A DNA stretch of 64,000 nucleotides from assembly GCA_964482715.1 (NCBI GenBank), contig CAYZYX010000003.1:1-64000 (forward strand), given 5' to 3'. Within the stretch, counting starts at the first letter, position 1. Each line of letters begins with the position of its first letter. Origin of the DNA: an uncultured Clostridia bacterium (GTDB lineage Bacteria > Aerophobota > Aerophobia > Aerophobales > B3-G15). A model generated the notes under the pieces. It saw only the letters and a program-made list of their open reading frames with translations. It was not told where the DNA came from and searched no databases. This document shows, piece after piece, positions 7,750 to 20,283 of this stretch. Both the position numbers and the translations under genes were made by a program.

Positions 7750-10700
7750 ATGGGAATTTCCTTAAAAGAGGAAAAAACCAAAATATGGGATTTTAGCAAG
7801 TACCCGGTTTTAATCGATCTTCCAAATTTACTGGAGATGCAGCGCCACTCTTATGAGGAGTTTCTCCAGCGAGATGTACCACCAGAAAAAAGAAAACCTG
7901 TAGGATTGCAGGCTGTTTTCCTGGATACCTTTCCTGTGGAAAGCTACAATGGAAAAATGGTTCTGGAATTCGTGGAATACCGTTTTGCTGAGCCCCGTTA
8001 CACCATAAAAAAATGTGAGGAGGAAGAACTAACCTACGCTCTTCCTCTTTACGTGAAGTTGAGGTTAAATAAAAAAGAGACCGGGGAAGTGATTGAACAG
8101 GAAGTTTATCTTGGAGATCTACCCTTAATGAATGAGAGATGTAGTTTTGTCATAAATGGAGCTGAGAGAATAGTTGTAAATCAGATCCAGAGGGCTCCTG
8201 GTGTATTCTTTGAAGAAGATACTGCAGGTTCCGGAGGAGGAAAAGTTCTCTACCGGGCCAGAATTATCCCTGAAAGGGGAAACTGGCTTGATTTTGAACT
8301 AAAAGAAGGTTTACTCTACGCACGAATCAACCGTGGAAGAAGGCTTATGGCTACTTTGTTTTTACGAGCCCTTGGGGGTGAGCCAGAAAAGATTTTAGCG
8401 GAAATCGGTCATCCTCAGGATAGGGAGATACTCCGAAAGACCTTTGAACAGGACGGAGCTAATTCCAGTAAAGATGCGCTTCTTAAAATATATCAGCGAC
8501 TCAGACCAGGCAGACCTCCTGTGTTTGAGTCTGTTAAAGAGGTTTTTGAAAGGACTTTTCTTGATCCCAAATACTATAATCTGGAAAAAGTTGGCAGACA
8601 TCAGATTAATATGGAACTGGGCTTGAATTCAGGTTGGGACTGCATGGTTTTGAGACTGGAAGACCTTGTCCAGGTGATAAAGCGCCTTCTTGAGATCAAT
8701 CGAGAGATGATAGAAATTGAAAGTATGGACCATCTTGCTTACAGAAGAGTAAGAAGAGTTGGTGACCTTCTTGGAGAACAGATTCGAATAGGATTGGCTC
8801 ATCTTTCACGGATAATTCAGCAGCGAATGAGTATTCAGGATCCGGAGACTATTACCCCTCGGTCTTTGATAAACACGAGAGCTTTAAGAGGTGCGGTTGA
8901 AAGTTTCTTCCATACCGGAAGGCTTTCTCAATACCTTGATCAGACTAATCCTCTGGCCGAATTGACTCACAAGAGAAGACTATCGGCTTTAGGTCCAGGT
9001 GGACTCACGCGGGTTCAGGCTAAGGAAGAAGTTCGGGATGTTCACTATACGCACTATGGAAGAATATGTCCTATTGAAACACCCGAAGGACAGAACATCG
9101 GATTAATAACTTCACTTGCTACCCATGCCAGGGTTAGTGAGCTTGGTTTTTTGGAAACTCCTTATAGAAAAGTGAAAAATGGGAAAGCCACTAAAGAAAT
9201 AGAGTATCTGACCGCCAGGGAAGAAGATAAATACTATATTGCAGGATGTGATTCTATTGATGAAGAGGGTAATTTTATAAAATCCACAGTTATAGCTCGC
9301 TATCAAGGTGAAATCGTAGTTATTCCTAAAGAGAGAGTGGATTACGTGGATATTTCTCCTAAACAGATAGTTAGTATATCTACTTCCCTTATTCCCTTTT
9401 TAGAGCATAACGATGCAAATCGTGCACTTATGGGCTCCAACATGCAGCGTCAGGCAGTACCACTTGAAATGCCTGAGGAACCTTTGGTTCAGACGGGTAT
9501 GGAGAGAAAGGTAGCCCAAGACTCTCTTATGGCTGTAAGAGCTAAAAGAGATGGTGAAGTAATATATGTTGACGCAAATAAGATAAAGATAAGACATTCA
9601 AGAGGGATTGATACTTATGAGTTGGTTCGATTCAAGCGCTCTAATCAGAGAACCTGTATAGACCAGCGACCAATTGTCAAAAAAGGTGATAAGGTTAAAA
9701 AAGGCGATTTTATCACCGACGGTCCAGCTATTCATAACGGAAAGCTTGCCCTGGGTAGAAATGTCCTGGTGGCCTTTATGCCCTGGGAAGGTTATAACTT
9801 TGAAGATGCCATTTTGATAAGTGAGAGATTAGTAAAACAGGATATTTATACATCCATTCATATTGAAGAATTTCAAGTAGAAGCTAAAGAACTGAGAACC
9901 GGGGTTGAGGAAATAACCGCCGATATCCCTAATGTGGATGAATCGGCCCTTAAAAACCTTGATGAAAAGGGAATTATCAGAATCGGAGCGGAGGTTAAAT
10001 CTGGAGATATCCTGGTGGGTAAAGTTACTCCCCAGGTAGAGGTGAAGTTAACTCCAGAAGAGAGGCTTTTGAGAAGTATCTTTGGAGAGAAAGCTCAAAA
10101 AGTCAAAGATAATTCACTTAGAGTTCCTCATGGAATTGAAGGAAAGGTGATAAAGGTAAAGGTATTTTCCCGTGATAAAGGTGACGATCTTCCTCCTGAT
10201 GTAAGAGAAAGGGTGAAGGTTTATGTGGCTGTTAGAAGAAAAATAGGAGTGGGAGATAAGATGTCTGGACGCCATGGAAATAAGGGGGTTATTTCTAAAG
10301 TTTTACCTGAGGAGGATATGCCTTTTCTTCCCGATGGAACACCGGTGGACATAGTTTTAAATCCTCTGGGTGTGCCTTCTCGAATGAACATAGGGCAGAT
10401 TTTTGAGCTGCACCTGGGATGGGTAGCCAAGGAGCTTGGAGTAACTATGATAGCCCCGGTTTTCGAGGGTCCAAAAGATGAGCAGATTAAAAATTTACTT
10501 AAAGAGGTAAATTTGCCGGAAACCGGTAAGATAACTCTTTACGATGGGCGCACCGGTGAACCTTTTGATCAGCCAGTAGCTGTAGGATACATGTATATGA
10601 TGAAGCTCATTCATATGGCCGAAGAAAAAATCCATGCCCGTTCCACCGGACCCTATGCTCTTATTACTCAACAACCTCTGGGAGGTAGATCAAGACAGGG

Positions 10701-10974
10701 GGGTCAGCGTTTCGGTGAGATGGAAGTGTGGGCTCTGGAAGGCTATGGAGCTGCTTACACTCTTCAGGAAATGCTGACCAGCAAATCTGACGATCTTCAG
10801 GCCCGAACCAGGATTCATGAGAGAATAATAAAGGGAGAGAATTCTTTAGAAACTCAGACCCCGGAGTCATTTAAGGTTTTGGTGAAAGAGCTTCAAGCTC
10901 TGGGGTTATCTCTTGAATTCTGGAAAAACGGTAGGAAATATTCCATTAAAGATATGGAAAAAGAAGAAGAATAG
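7750..10974 (+). CDS. rpoB: RNA polymerase beta subunit (compact, 1074 aa)
   Basis: [61 protein letters not shown]. Confidence 0.99.
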   Translation: MGISLKEEKTKIWDFSKYPVLIDLPNLLEMQRHSYEEFLQRDVPPEKRKPVGLQAVFLDTFPVESYNGKMVLEFVEYRFAEPRYTIKKCEEEELTYALPLYVKLRLNKKETGEVIEQEVYLGDLPLMNERCSFVINGAERIVVNQIQRAPGVFFEEDTAGSGGGKVLYRARIIPERGNWLDFELKEGLLYARINRGRRLMATLFLRALGGEPEKILAEIGHPQDREILRKTFEQDGANSSKDALLKIYQRLRPGRPPVFESVKEVFERTFLDPKYYNLEKVGRHQINMELGLNSGWDCMVLRLEDLVQVIKRLLEINREMIEIESMDHLAYRRVRRVGDLLGEQIRIGLAHLSRIIQQRMSIQDPETITPRSLINTRALRGAVESFFHTGRLSQYLDQTNPLAELTHKRRLSALGPGGLTRVQAKEEVRDVHYTHYGRICPIETPEGQNIGLITSLATHARVSELGFLETPYRKVKNGKATKEIEYLTAREEDKYYIAGCDSIDEEGNFIKSTVIARYQGEIVVIPKERVDYVDISPKQIVSISTSLIPFLEHNDANRALMGSNMQRQAVPLEMPEEPLVQTGMERKVAQDSLMAVRAKRDGEVIYVDANKIKIRHSRGIDTYELVRFKRSNQRTCIDQRPIVKKGDKVKKGDFITDGPAIHNGKLALGRNVLVAFMPWEGYNFEDAILISERLVKQDIYTSIHIEEFQVEAKELRTGVEEITADIPNVDESALKNLDEKGIIRIGAEVKSGDILVGKVTPQVEVKLTPEERLLRSIFGEKAQKVKDNSLRVPHGIEGKVIKVKVFSRDKGDDLPPDVRERVKVYVAVRRKIGVGDKMSGRHGNKGVISKVLPEEDMPFLPDGTPVDIVLNPLGVPSRMNIGQIFELHLGWVAKELGVTMIAPVFEGPKDEQIKNLLKEVNLPETGKITLYDGRTGEPFDQPVAVGYMYMMKLIHMAEEKIHARSTGPYALITQQPLGGRSRQGGQRFGEMEVWALEGYGAAYTLQEMLTSKSDDLQARTRIHERIIKGENSLETQTPESFKVLVKELQALGLSLEFWKNGRKYSIKDMEKEEE

Positions 10975-10994
10975 CCTGCCTACCGGTGGGCAGG
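10975..10994. repeat. 20-bp REP-like hairpin between rpoB and rpoC
   Basis: CCTGCCTA-CCGG-TGGGCAGG: 8-bp stem with one G-U pair, 4-nt loop. Confidence 0.6.
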
Positions 10995-11008
10995 GAGGTG
11001 TATAAAAA

Positions 11009-14000
11009 TTGTGGAAAACTGATGATATAACCAAGATTAAGATAAAACTGGCTTCTCCGGAAGAGATAAGAGAATGGTCACACGGAGAAGTTAAGAAAAC
11101 AGACACTATTAATTACCGGACTTTCCGTCCGGAAAGAGGGGGCCTCTTCTGTGAGCAGATTTTTGGTCCCAGCAAGAGTTACGAGTGTTACTGTGGAAAG
11201 TACAGAAAAATGAAATACAAAGGAGTAGTTTGTGAACGTTGTGGAGTGGAAGTGACTTCCTCCAAAGTTAGAAGGGAAAGGATGGGACATATTGAGCTTG
11301 CAGCTCCTGTTGCTCATATATGGTATATAAAAAAGTACCTCCCTCTTCTTTTAGGTTTAAAGAGAAACGATTTAGAAAAGGTGATTTACTTTATCTCTTA
11401 CATTGTTATTGATCCGGAGAAAACACCTCTTAAACCTCTGCAGATACTGGAAGAGGAGGAGTATCAACACTACAAAGAGAAATATGGAGAGGACGCTTTC
11501 GAAGCCGGGATTGGAGCAGAGGCTATTTTGCGTATCCTCCAGAGAATAAAACTGGATTCTCTAAAGGAAAGATTGAAAGAACAACTTTTCCAGGGTGGAA
11601 CCAAAGGTGAGAGGATAAAATTGATCAAGAGGCTGGAGGTGGTGGAGAGTTTCTTGAGGTCTGGTAATAAACCTGAATGGATGATCTTACGAGTGTTACC
11701 GGTTATTCCACCTGATTTTAGACCTATGGTTCAACTGGAAAGCGGTATATTTGCCAATTCTGATTTAAACGATCTTTATCGCAGGATAATAAACCGAAAC
11801 AACAGGTTAAAGTATCTTCTGGAAATTGGAGCTCCTCAGATAATTATTCAGAACGAGAAGAAAATGCTCCAGCAGGCAGTGGATGCTCTTTTCGAAAATG
11901 AAAAGCTTCCACAGCCAATTCTTGGAGCAGGAGGAAGACCCCTAAAGTCTCTGGGAGAAATAATAAAGGGTAAGCAGGGAAGATTCCGTCAGAACTTACT
12001 GGGTAAAAGGGTTGACTATTCGGGAAGAGCTGTTATTGTGCCCGGTCCAGAATTAAAGTTTAATCAGTGTGGTCTTCCTGAAAGGATCGCACTTGAACTT
12101 TACAGACCCTTTGTCCTGGCTGAGATTCTGAGACAGGGTAAAGCAGAGACTATAAAAAGAGCCAATGACTTAATTGAAAGAGCTGATCCTTTCGTCTGGG
12201 AAATACTGGAGAAAGTAGTTGAAGATCATCCGGTTCTTTTAAATAGAGCACCCACTTTACATCGTCTTGGTATCCAGGCTTTTCAGCCCGTTTTAATAGA
12301 GGGACCGGCAATTCAGCTTCATCCTCTGACCTGTACGGCTTTTAATGCTGATTTTGATGGAGACCAGATGGCTGTCCATGTTCCTCTGTCCTTAGAGGCT
12401 CAACTTGAGGCCAGACTTCTGATGGCCTCAGAAAATAATATCCTTTCTCCAGCCCATGGAGAACCAATTGTTACTCCTACTCAGGATATAACCTTAGGGT
12501 GTTATTACCTTACCCTGATGCTTGATGAAAATGAAAAACCAGCTCGTGCCTTTTCTTCTCCTGATGAGGTAATGCTGGCCTATGATTCCGGGAAGATAGG
12601 ACTTCACTCAAAGATCAAGCTCCTTGTCGATAACAGGTGGCTTGAAACAACTCCGGGACGAGTTATTTTTAATCAGGTTTTACCTGAAGGGATGGAATTT
12701 CAAAACAAAGTTATGAACAAATCAGCTCTATCTGAACTTATTACTGCTGTTTGGAAAAAATATGGTGATAAGAAAACAGTAGAAGTCCTGGATGAAATTA
12801 AAAAATTGGGATTTAAATTTGCAACCAGATCCGGTTTGACCTTTTCTCTTGCTGATATACCTTCGATCAAAGAAAAGGAAAAACTCCTTCAGGAGATGGA
12901 AGAAGAGGCACAGGGATACAATATGTTAACTGAGGAAGGTGCTATAACTCCAGAAGAGAGATACATAGATATTATTGATCTTGGAATGCGCACTACCGAA
13001 ATGATAGGCGAGAAGGTTTTACAGTATCTGTCTAAGAATCCTTTAAATCCCCTTTATATGATGTGGGATTCAGGAGCAAGAGGTTCCGCAGATCAGCTGC
13101 GACAAATTGTGGGAATGAGAGGACTCATGTCCCGGTCAGTCAGAGAGACCTATCGGCGTGAACTATGGGATGAAGTGTTTCGCCGGGACCTTCCAATTCC
13201 TTCTGATGTTATCAGACAGTATTTTTATCCTGTTTCCGGAGGTAGGTTAAAAGGAAGGATTGGGGAAGAGCCTATTCGCGCCAGTTTTAAGGAAGGGCTT
13301 TCTGCGCCTGAGTACTTTATATCCACCTCTGGAGGAAGAAAGGGTCTTGTAGACACAGCTTTGAAAACAGCCTATGCCGGTTATCTAACCCGGAAGCTGG
13401 TAGCTGTTGCTCAAAATGTAATAATAACTGAGGAGGATTGTGGAACTATAGATGGTTTTAACATGGGTGCTTTAATGGAAGAAGGACAGGAGGTGGAGTC
13501 TCTGGCCGAGAGAATTACGGGAAGAGTGACTGCTGCTCCTGTGATAAATCCAGCAACAGGAGAAGTGATCCTCGAGGCTAACCAGGAGATAGATGCTGAA
13601 ATGGCCAGGAAAATTCAGGATATGGGAATCGAAAAGGTTAAGATTCGCTCCCCATTAACCTGTCAGGCAAAATGGGGTCTCTGTCAGAAATGTTATGGAT
13701 GGGATCTTTCCAGTCACCGGATGGTAAGTTTAGGCGAGGCTGTGGGAGTTATTGCTGCTCAATCAATAGGAGAACCCGGAACTCAGCTTACCTTAAGAAC
13801 TTTCCATACAGGAGGTATATTCAGGAAGGGTGGAGATATTCCTCAGGGTTTACCTCGGGCTACAGAACTCTTTGAACCAAGAAAGCAGTCTTATCCTTCA
13901 AAAGGTGTAATTCGTCAAAAGAAAGGAGAAGAAGCCCTTATAAGTGAGATTGAAGGTGAAGTCAGTTTTATCGAGAAAAAGGGTCGTTCCTTTATCCGAA

Positions 14001-14605
14001 TAAAAGGGGAGAATAATAAGGAAGTAACTTATGAGGCAGAAGGAGAAGTACTTGTTTCTGAGGGAGATATGGTGGAGGCTGGAGATAAACTCATTGAGGG
14101 AGCAATCAATCCGCGTGCTCTGTTAAGAGTAAAGGGTGTGCGAGCAGTTCAAGAGTATCTGGTTAATCAAACACAGCTGGTTTATAGAGCTCAGGGGGTT
14201 AAGATTAATGTTAAACACTTTGAAGTTATTATAAGACAGATGATGAGAAAGGTAGAGGTAGAAGATCCCGGAGATACTGATTATCTCCCTGGGGAACAGG
14301 TTGACCGAATTGAACTTGAGGAGGTTAATGCTAAAATAAAACAGCAGGGGGGGAAACCAGCAACTGCTAAACCCGTTCTTCTTGCAATACCAAAAGCTGC
14401 TCAAGAAGATAAGGATAGTTTTCTTTCTGCCGCCTCTTTTCAGCGGACTAAACAGGTTTTAGCCGATGCAGCTATAAGAGGTCAGGTGGATAACTTGAGA
14501 GGACTGAAGGCTAATGTAATCCTTGGTCGATTAATCCCTGCTGGTACAGGGTTTAGAAATGAGCTTGAAAATAACGAGACCGGAAAATTAAGCATAAATA
14601 ATTAA
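11009..14605 (+). CDS. rpoC: RNA polymerase beta' subunit
   Basis: TTG start after GGGAGGTG; zinc finger, NLLGKRVDYSGR, NRAPTLHRL, catalytic NADFDGD, RTFHTGG, GRLIPAGTG. Confidence 0.99.
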   Translation: MWKTDDITKIKIKLASPEEIREWSHGEVKKTDTINYRTFRPERGGLFCEQIFGPSKSYECYCGKYRKMKYKGVVCERCGVEVTSSKVRRERMGHIELAAPVAHIWYIKKYLPLLLGLKRNDLEKVIYFISYIVIDPEKTPLKPLQILEEEEYQHYKEKYGEDAFEAGIGAEAILRILQRIKLDSLKERLKEQLFQGGTKGERIKLIKRLEVVESFLRSGNKPEWMILRVLPVIPPDFRPMVQLESGIFANSDLNDLYRRIINRNNRLKYLLEIGAPQIIIQNEKKMLQQAVDALFENEKLPQPILGAGGRPLKSLGEIIKGKQGRFRQNLLGKRVDYSGRAVIVPGPELKFNQCGLPERIALELYRPFVLAEILRQGKAETIKRANDLIERADPFVWEILEKVVEDHPVLLNRAPTLHRLGIQAFQPVLIEGPAIQLHPLTCTAFNADFDGDQMAVHVPLSLEAQLEARLLMASENNILSPAHGEPIVTPTQDITLGCYYLTLMLDENEKPARAFSSPDEVMLAYDSGKIGLHSKIKLLVDNRWLETTPGRVIFNQVLPEGMEFQNKVMNKSALSELITAVWKKYGDKKTVEVLDEIKKLGFKFATRSGLTFSLADIPSIKEKEKLLQEMEEEAQGYNMLTEEGAITPEERYIDIIDLGMRTTEMIGEKVLQYLSKNPLNPLYMMWDSGARGSADQLRQIVGMRGLMSRSVRETYRRELWDEVFRRDLPIPSDVIRQYFYPVSGGRLKGRIGEEPIRASFKEGLSAPEYFISTSGGRKGLVDTALKTAYAGYLTRKLVAVAQNVIITEEDCGTIDGFNMGALMEEGQEVESLAERITGRVTAAPVINPATGEVILEANQEIDAEMARKIQDMGIEKVKIRSPLTCQAKWGLCQKCYGWDLSSHRMVSLGEAVGVIAAQSIGEPGTQLTLRTFHTGGIFRKGGDIPQGLPRATELFEPRKQSYPSKGVIRQKKGEEALISEIEGEVSFIEKKGRSFIRIKGENNKEVTYEAEGEVLVSEGDMVEAGDKLIEGAINPRALLRVKGVRAVQEYLVNQTQLVYRAQGVKINVKHFEVIIRQMMRKVEVEDPGDTDYLPGEQVDRIELEEVNAKIKQQGGKPATAKPVLLAIPKAAQEDKDSFLSAASFQRTKQVLADAAIRGQVDNLRGLKANVILGRLIPAGTGFRNELENNETGKLSINN

Positions 14606-14619
14606 AAAAGAGGTAAAGT

Positions 14620-14988
14620 ATGCCTACTATCAATCAACTGGTTAAAAGGGGAAGAAAACCTCCAAAAACTAAGAGGAAGAGTTTAGCCTTAGAGGGCTGT
14701 CCTCAGAAAAAAGGGGTTTGTGTGACAGTTAGAACTTTAACTCCTAAGAAACCCAATTCTGCCTTAAGGAAAATAGCCAGAGTTAGACTTTCCAGTGGAA
14801 AGATGGTTACGGCCTATATCCCGGGAGAAGGACACAATCTACAGGAACATTCGATTGTTCTGGTAAGGGGTGGAAGGGTCAAGGATTTACCAGGGGTTAA
14901 ATACCACATTATTCGGGGGACACTGGATACTGCAGGAGTGGAAGGAAGAAAAAGATCCCGTTCCAAGTACGGACAGAAAAGAAGTTAG
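14620..14988 (+). CDS. rpsL: 30S ribosomal protein S12
   Basis: [28 protein letters not shown]. Confidence 0.99.
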   Translation: MPTINQLVKRGRKPPKTKRKSLALEGCPQKKGVCVTVRTLTPKKPNSALRKIARVRLSSGKMVTAYIPGEGHNLQEHSIVLVRGGRVKDLPGVKYHIIRGTLDTAGVEGRKRSRSKYGQKRS

Positions 14989-15468
<480 letters not shown>

Positions 15469-15474
15469 AGACCT

Positions 15475-17541
15475 ATGAATGGTTTTCCAGTGGAAAAAAT
15501 CAGAAATATTGGTATCGTAGCTCATATTGATGCCGGTAAGACTACAACAACCGAGAGAATCCTTTATTATACTGGTAAGATCCACAAGGTTGGTGAAGTT
15601 CACGAGGGAACAGCGGTAATGGACTGGATGCAACAGGAAAAAGAAAGAGGTATTACTATTACCTCAGCCGCTACAAGTTGTAGTTGGAAGGGATACAGGA
15701 TAAACATTATTGATACCCCTGGACATGTGGACTTTACGGTTGAAGTAGAAAGGGCTCTCAGGGTTCTGGATGGGGCGGTGATTATTTTTTGTGGTGTGGA
15801 AGGAGTTGAACCTCAATCTGAAACTGTTTGGCGACAGGCAAATAAGTACAGGATTCCTCGAATCACTTTCATAAACAAATTAGATAGAGTTGGTTCTAAT
15901 TTTTTCCGGGTAATTGAACAGATAAAAAAGAAATTTGAGCTTGTCCCACTTATAGTTCAACTGCCTATTGGGGAAGAACAGAATTTCTGTGGAATAGTTG
16001 ACCTGGTGAGAATGAAGGCATTTATTTGGGAAAGCGATAAACTGGATGCCAAAATTAAAGAAGAACCTATTCCTCAAGAACTCAGAGATAAGTCTATGGA
16101 GCTTCATCATCAGCTGGTGGAAAAAATTGCCGAGTCTGATGACTACCTCTTAGAGAGATTTCTGGAGGAGGGAGACTTATCTCCAGAAGAGATAAAAAGA
16201 GGTGTAAGACTGCTTACACTAAAACATCAGAGTGTTCCAATTTTTTGTGGAACGGCTTTAAGAAATAAAGGAATAAGACCGCTTTTAGATGGAATAGTTG
16301 ATTATTTGCCTTCTCCCTTAGATGTTCCTCCGATAGAAGGGGTAAATCCTCTAACTGGAAAGAAGGAAACAAGAATGGCCTCAGAGGAGGAACCTCTGTC
16401 TGCTCTTGCTTTCAAAGTAGCAATTGACCCATATGTTGGAAGACTTACCTATTTTAGGATTTACTCGGGAAAATTGCGGTCAAGGTCTTCGGTTTATAAC
16501 GCTACTAAGCAAAAGAAGGAACGTGTGGGCAGAATTTTAGAGATGCACGCTAACTATAGAATAGACAGATCCGAGATGCATGCAGGGGAAATTGGAGCCA
16601 TGGTCGGTCCTCGAAATATAGATACCGGGGACTCTCTGTGTGATGAGCAAAGTCCCATATTGCTTGAACCAATTAAATTTTGTGAACCTGTGATATCCAT
16701 GGCTGTTGAGCCAAAATCCAAAAGTGAACAGGATAAATTGATTCACGCTCTTTCGAGATTAAGTGAGGAGGATCCCACTTTTAAAGTCAAACAGGATGAG
16801 GAAACAGGTCAAACTATAATCTCTGGAATGGGGGAGCTTCATCTGGATATAATGCTTGATAGGTTGCGACGAGAATTTGGTCTTCACGTAAATGCTGGAG
16901 AACCACAGGTTGCTTACAGGGAAAGTATAAAAGGAAAAGCACAAGCACGAGGTCAATACATCCATCAAACAGGTGGGAGGGGACAATACGGAGATGTTGT
17001 TATTGAGGTGGAGCCAAGAAAAGATAGTGAACCTGTTTTTATAGATAAAACCAAGGGTGGAGTAATTCCCAAGGAATATATTCCTGCTATAAAGGCGGGG
17101 ATTGAGCAAGCTTTACTTTCTGGAGTTCTGGCAGGTTATCCTCTTGTTGATGTTAAAGCTACCTTACTTGACGGTTCCTATCATCCGGTTGATTCCTCGG
17201 AGTATGCTTTCAAGACAGCAGCGTTGATTGCTTTTCGTAAGGCAGCGAGAGAAGCTCAGCCTTATCTTTTGGAACCCATAATGAAAGTGGAAATAAGAAC
17301 ACCGGTAGAATTTTTTGGTGACATAATAGCTGATCTTTCTTCCCGGAGGGGACAGATACTATCTACCGATACTATCGGGGAACAAAAAGTTATAGTTGCG
17401 TATGTTCCTCTGGTGGAACTTTTTGGCTATGTTACTCGATTGAGATCCCTGTCCCAGGGAAAAGCTCTGCCCAATATAGAATTTTCTCATTATCAGGAAA
17501 TTCCAGAAGAGAGAGCAAAAAAAATTCTGGGAAAAGAGTAA
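15475..17541 (+). CDS. fusA: Elongation factor G
   Basis: [42 protein letters not shown]. Confidence 0.98.
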   Translation: MNGFPVEKIRNIGIVAHIDAGKTTTTERILYYTGKIHKVGEVHEGTAVMDWMQQEKERGITITSAATSCSWKGYRINIIDTPGHVDFTVEVERALRVLDGAVIIFCGVEGVEPQSETVWRQANKYRIPRITFINKLDRVGSNFFRVIEQIKKKFELVPLIVQLPIGEEQNFCGIVDLVRMKAFIWESDKLDAKIKEEPIPQELRDKSMELHHQLVEKIAESDDYLLERFLEEGDLSPEEIKRGVRLLTLKHQSVPIFCGTALRNKGIRPLLDGIVDYLPSPLDVPPIEGVNPLTGKKETRMASEEEPLSALAFKVAIDPYVGRLTYFRIYSGKLRSRSSVYNATKQKKERVGRILEMHANYRIDRSEMHAGEIGAMVGPRNIDTGDSLCDEQSPILLEPIKFCEPVISMAVEPKSKSEQDKLIHALSRLSEEDPTFKVKQDEETGQTIISGMGELHLDIMLDRLRREFGLHVNAGEPQVAYRESIKGKAQARGQYIHQTGGRGQYGDVVIEVEPRKDSEPVFIDKTKGGVIPKEYIPAIKAGIEQALLSGVLAGYPLVDVKATLLDGSYHPVDSSEYAFKTAALIAFRKAAREAQPYLLEPIMKVEIRTPVEFFGDIIADLSSRRGQILSTDTIGEQKVIVAYVPLVELFGYVTRLRSLSQGKALPNIEFSHYQEIPEERAKKILGKE

Positions 17542-17559
17542 ATCGAGGAGTGGAAGATT

Positions 17560-17868
17560 ATGCCTAATCAAAGAATCAGAATCAGGTTAAAAGCCTATGA
17601 TCACAAAATTCTGGATCAATCAGTAAGACGCATTGTGGATACAATTGAACGTACAGGTGCCAGAGTGCGAGGTCCTATTCCACTACCCACTAAGATCACC
17701 AGATACACTATTACCCGATCTCCTCATACACACAAGGATTCTCGGGAACAATTTGAGATAAGAATTCACAAGCGGGTTATTGACATTTTGGATTCCAACC
17801 CCAAGACCATAGATGCCCTGATGGGGTTAAATTTGCCCACTGGAGTTCATGTTGAAGTTAAACTATAA
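17560..17868 (+). CDS. rpsJ: 30S ribosomal protein S10
   Basis: [25 protein letters not shown]. Confidence 0.99.
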   Translation: MPNQRIRIRLKAYDHKILDQSVRRIVDTIERTGARVRGPIPLPTKITRYTITRSPHTHKDSREQFEIRIHKRVIDILDSNPKTIDALMGLNLPTGVHVEVKL

Positions 17869-17887
17869 TGAAGTGGGGAGAAAATTA

Positions 17888-18517
17888 ATGAGAGCTATAT
17901 TAGGAAAAAAACTGGGAATGACACAGATTTTTGAGGAAGATAAAGTAGTGCCTGTTACCGTGGTTAAAGCCGGGCCGTGTGTTGTGGTTCAGAAGAAAGA
18001 AAAAGAGAAGGATGGGTATGATTCTCTTCAGCTTGGTTTTGAAGAGATGGAGGAGAAAAAGCTCAATTTACCTTTACTTGGTCATTTTAAAAAGCACAAT
18101 GTTAGCCCAAGACGTTATTTGCGCGAAATAAGGGTTGACAAAGAGACCCTGGCTAAATATAAACCCGGAGATGAAATAAGGGTAAATATCTTCAAGAAAG
18201 GAGATCTGGTTAAGGTGACAGGTGTCTCTAAAGGTAAAGGTTTTGCCGGTGTGATGAAAAGATACGGTTTTGCTGGAGGTCCTGCTTCCCACGGTTCTGG
18301 ACAGTGGCATCGACGACCGGGGTCTATAGGGGCCTCAGCTGATCCCTCTCGTGTTTTCAAAGGAAAAAAAATGCCGGGAAGAATGGGTCAGGATACGGTA
18401 ACTGTGAGAAACCTCGAAATTGTGGAAGTTGATGAAAAAAATGATTTTTTGTTAATTAAAGGAGCTGTCCCTGGGAAGACAGGTGAACTGTTAATCCTGA
18501 GGGAGGAGAAAAAATAA
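17888..18517 (+). CDS. rplC: 50S ribosomal protein L3
   Basis: [37 protein letters not shown] 17888 after GGGGAG. Confidence 0.98.
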   Translation: MRAILGKKLGMTQIFEEDKVVPVTVVKAGPCVVVQKKEKEKDGYDSLQLGFEEMEEKKLNLPLLGHFKKHNVSPRRYLREIRVDKETLAKYKPGDEIRVNIFKKGDLVKVTGVSKGKGFAGVMKRYGFAGGPASHGSGQWHRRPGSIGASADPSRVFKGKKMPGRMGQDTVTVRNLEIVEVDEKNDFLLIKGAVPGKTGELLILREEKK

Positions 18518-19156
18518 ATGGAATGGAAAGTTTACAATATGCAAGCTCAAGAGGTTGGAACCGTTGAGTTAGATGATGAGATTTTTCAAGGGGAGATAAA
18601 TCGACCTGTTTTGAGAGAGGCAATTCTTGCCTATCAGAGTAATTTGCGTCAGGGGACAGCCTCTACCAAAACAAGAGGTGAAGTTAGTGGTGGTGGCAGA
18701 AAACCCTGGCCTCAAAAGGGAACCGGTAGGGCGAGAGCAGGAAGTATCAGGTCTCCTCTCTGGGTAGGAGGAGGAACAGTTTTTGGTCCTAAACCACGTG
18801 ACTTTAGTTATTCTCTGCCTAAGAAAAAAAAGAGATTAGCGTTAATTTCCAGCTTAAGATTAAAAGTGAAAGAAGGTAGGCTTTTTGTTCTGGATAAACT
18901 GAGAGTTGAAAAGGGAAAAACCAAAGAGATGGCCACTTTTCTTCAGAGTTTTTCCAGGCAGATGGGAAATTTAAATGGTAAAACACTTATAATTATGGAA
19001 GACAAGGATGAAAAAGTTCACAGAGCCTCCTCCAATATAAAGAACTTGAGATTAATTTTAGCATCCAATGTGTGTGAATATCACGTTGTTTCTCACAATA
19101 ATTTGTTTTTAACCAGAGATTCTCTAATTAAATTAACAGAGAGGCTCAGAAAATGA
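18518..19156 (+). CDS. rplD: 50S ribosomal protein L4
   Basis: RQGTASTKTRGEVSGGGRKPWPQKGTGRARAGS. Confidence 0.99.
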   Translation: MEWKVYNMQAQEVGTVELDDEIFQGEINRPVLREAILAYQSNLRQGTASTKTRGEVSGGGRKPWPQKGTGRARAGSIRSPLWVGGGTVFGPKPRDFSYSLPKKKKRLALISSLRLKVKEGRLFVLDKLRVEKGKTKEMATFLQSFSRQMGNLNGKTLIIMEDKDEKVHRASSNIKNLRLILASNVCEYHVVSHNNLFLTRDSLIKLTERLRK

Positions 19157-19443
19157 GTAAAAGCCCTTACGAAATAATAATAGCTCCTGTTGTTACTGAA
19201 AAGGCCACTGACTTACAGAAAGAAGGTGTTTACATGTTCAAGGTTCCTCTGGATGTTACCAAGATTGAGATAAAAAAGGCAGTCGAGGAACTTTTTAATG
19301 TGAGGGTAGAAAAGGTGAGGACATTGAGAACAAAACCCAAAGCTCGAAGATGGAGAGGGAGAGTTGTGGGAAAGACCTCTTCATGGAAAAAAGCTATTGT
19401 TAAATTAAAACCAGGATATACCATTGAACAATTAGGAGTTTAA
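19153..19443 (+). CDS. rplW: 50S ribosomal protein L23
   Basis: [26 protein letters not shown]. Confidence 0.97.
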   Translation: MSKSPYEIIIAPVVTEKATDLQKEGVYMFKVPLDVTKIEIKKAVEELFNVRVEKVRTLRTKPKARRWRGRVVGKTSSWKKAIVKLKPGYTIEQLGV

Positions 19444-19445
19444 TT

Positions 19446-20273
19446 ATGCCAATAAAAGTTTATAAACCAACAACTCCGGGAAGAAGACATCAAACAGGTT
19501 CCACCTTTTCCGAGATAACCAGGAAAAAACCAGAAAAAACTTTAACTGTTGATTTGAAGAAAGCTCCAGGTAGAAACAATCAGGGAAGAATCACCTGTCG
19601 TCATCGAGGAGGAGGAGTAAAAAGAAAGTATAGAATTATAGATTTCAAACGAGACAAAGATGGGATACCTGCCAGGGTGGTGGCTATTGAGTACGACCCT
19701 TATCGTTCAGCTCGAATTGCTTTATTGCAATATGTGGATGGAGAAAAAAGATATATAATCTGTCCAGTTGATCTCAAAGTTGGGGACGAGGTGATGTCTG
19801 GCGAAGATGCCCCTTTGAAAGTAGGTAACACCCTTCCTCTGGCTAAGATACCGGAAGGTAGTCTGATATACAATATAGAGTTAAAGAAAGGTAAGGGTGG
19901 ACAGCTCTGTCGAGCGGCAGGAACTTCGGCAGAACTTTTGTCCAAGGAAGGTAAATACGCCCAGATTAAACTTCCTTCAGGAGAAATCCGTCTTATCCCT
20001 CTTGAGTGTCGGGCAACTTTGGGCCAGGTAGGAAATGTTGATCATGAAAACATACAGATAGGAAAAGCTGGTAGGGCTCGTTTAATGGGAAGAAGACCTT
20101 ATGTGCGTGGATCCACGATGAATCCTATTGATCATCCTCACGGCGGAGGTGAAGGTCGAAGTGGTCCAGGAAGACACCCTGTGACTCCATGGGGTAAGCC
20201 AACCAAGGGGAAGAAAACTCGCAAAAAAGGTAAACCCTCTGACAAACTAATAGTTCAAAGGAGAAAAAAATAG
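19446..20273 (+). CDS. rplB: 50S ribosomal protein L2
   Basis: [30 protein letters not shown]. Confidence 0.99.
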   Translation: MPIKVYKPTTPGRRHQTGSTFSEITRKKPEKTLTVDLKKAPGRNNQGRITCRHRGGGVKRKYRIIDFKRDKDGIPARVVAIEYDPYRSARIALLQYVDGEKRYIICPVDLKVGDEVMSGEDAPLKVGNTLPLAKIPEGSLIYNIELKKGKGGQLCRAAGTSAELLSKEGKYAQIKLPSGEIRLIPLECRATLGQVGNVDHENIQIGKAGRARLMGRRPYVRGSTMNPIDHPHGGGEGRSGPGRHPVTPWGKPTKGKKTRKKGKPSDKLIVQRRKK

Positions 20274-20283
20274 GAGGTATTTT

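Noticed and set aside
8905-9108. Divergent rifampicin-binding region of RpoB as possible intrinsic resistance
   Set aside because: Key residues equivalent to E. coli Q513, D516, H526, S531, L533 and I572 are retained, so resistance cannot be claimed
13130-13270. rpoC insertion as an intein or intron
   Set aside because: Too short, no terminal His-Asn, frame uninterrupted
17541-17560. No tuf after fusA
   Set aside because: tuf is present at 3422; fusA-rpsJ adjacency with tuf in the tRNA cluster is a known common arrangement
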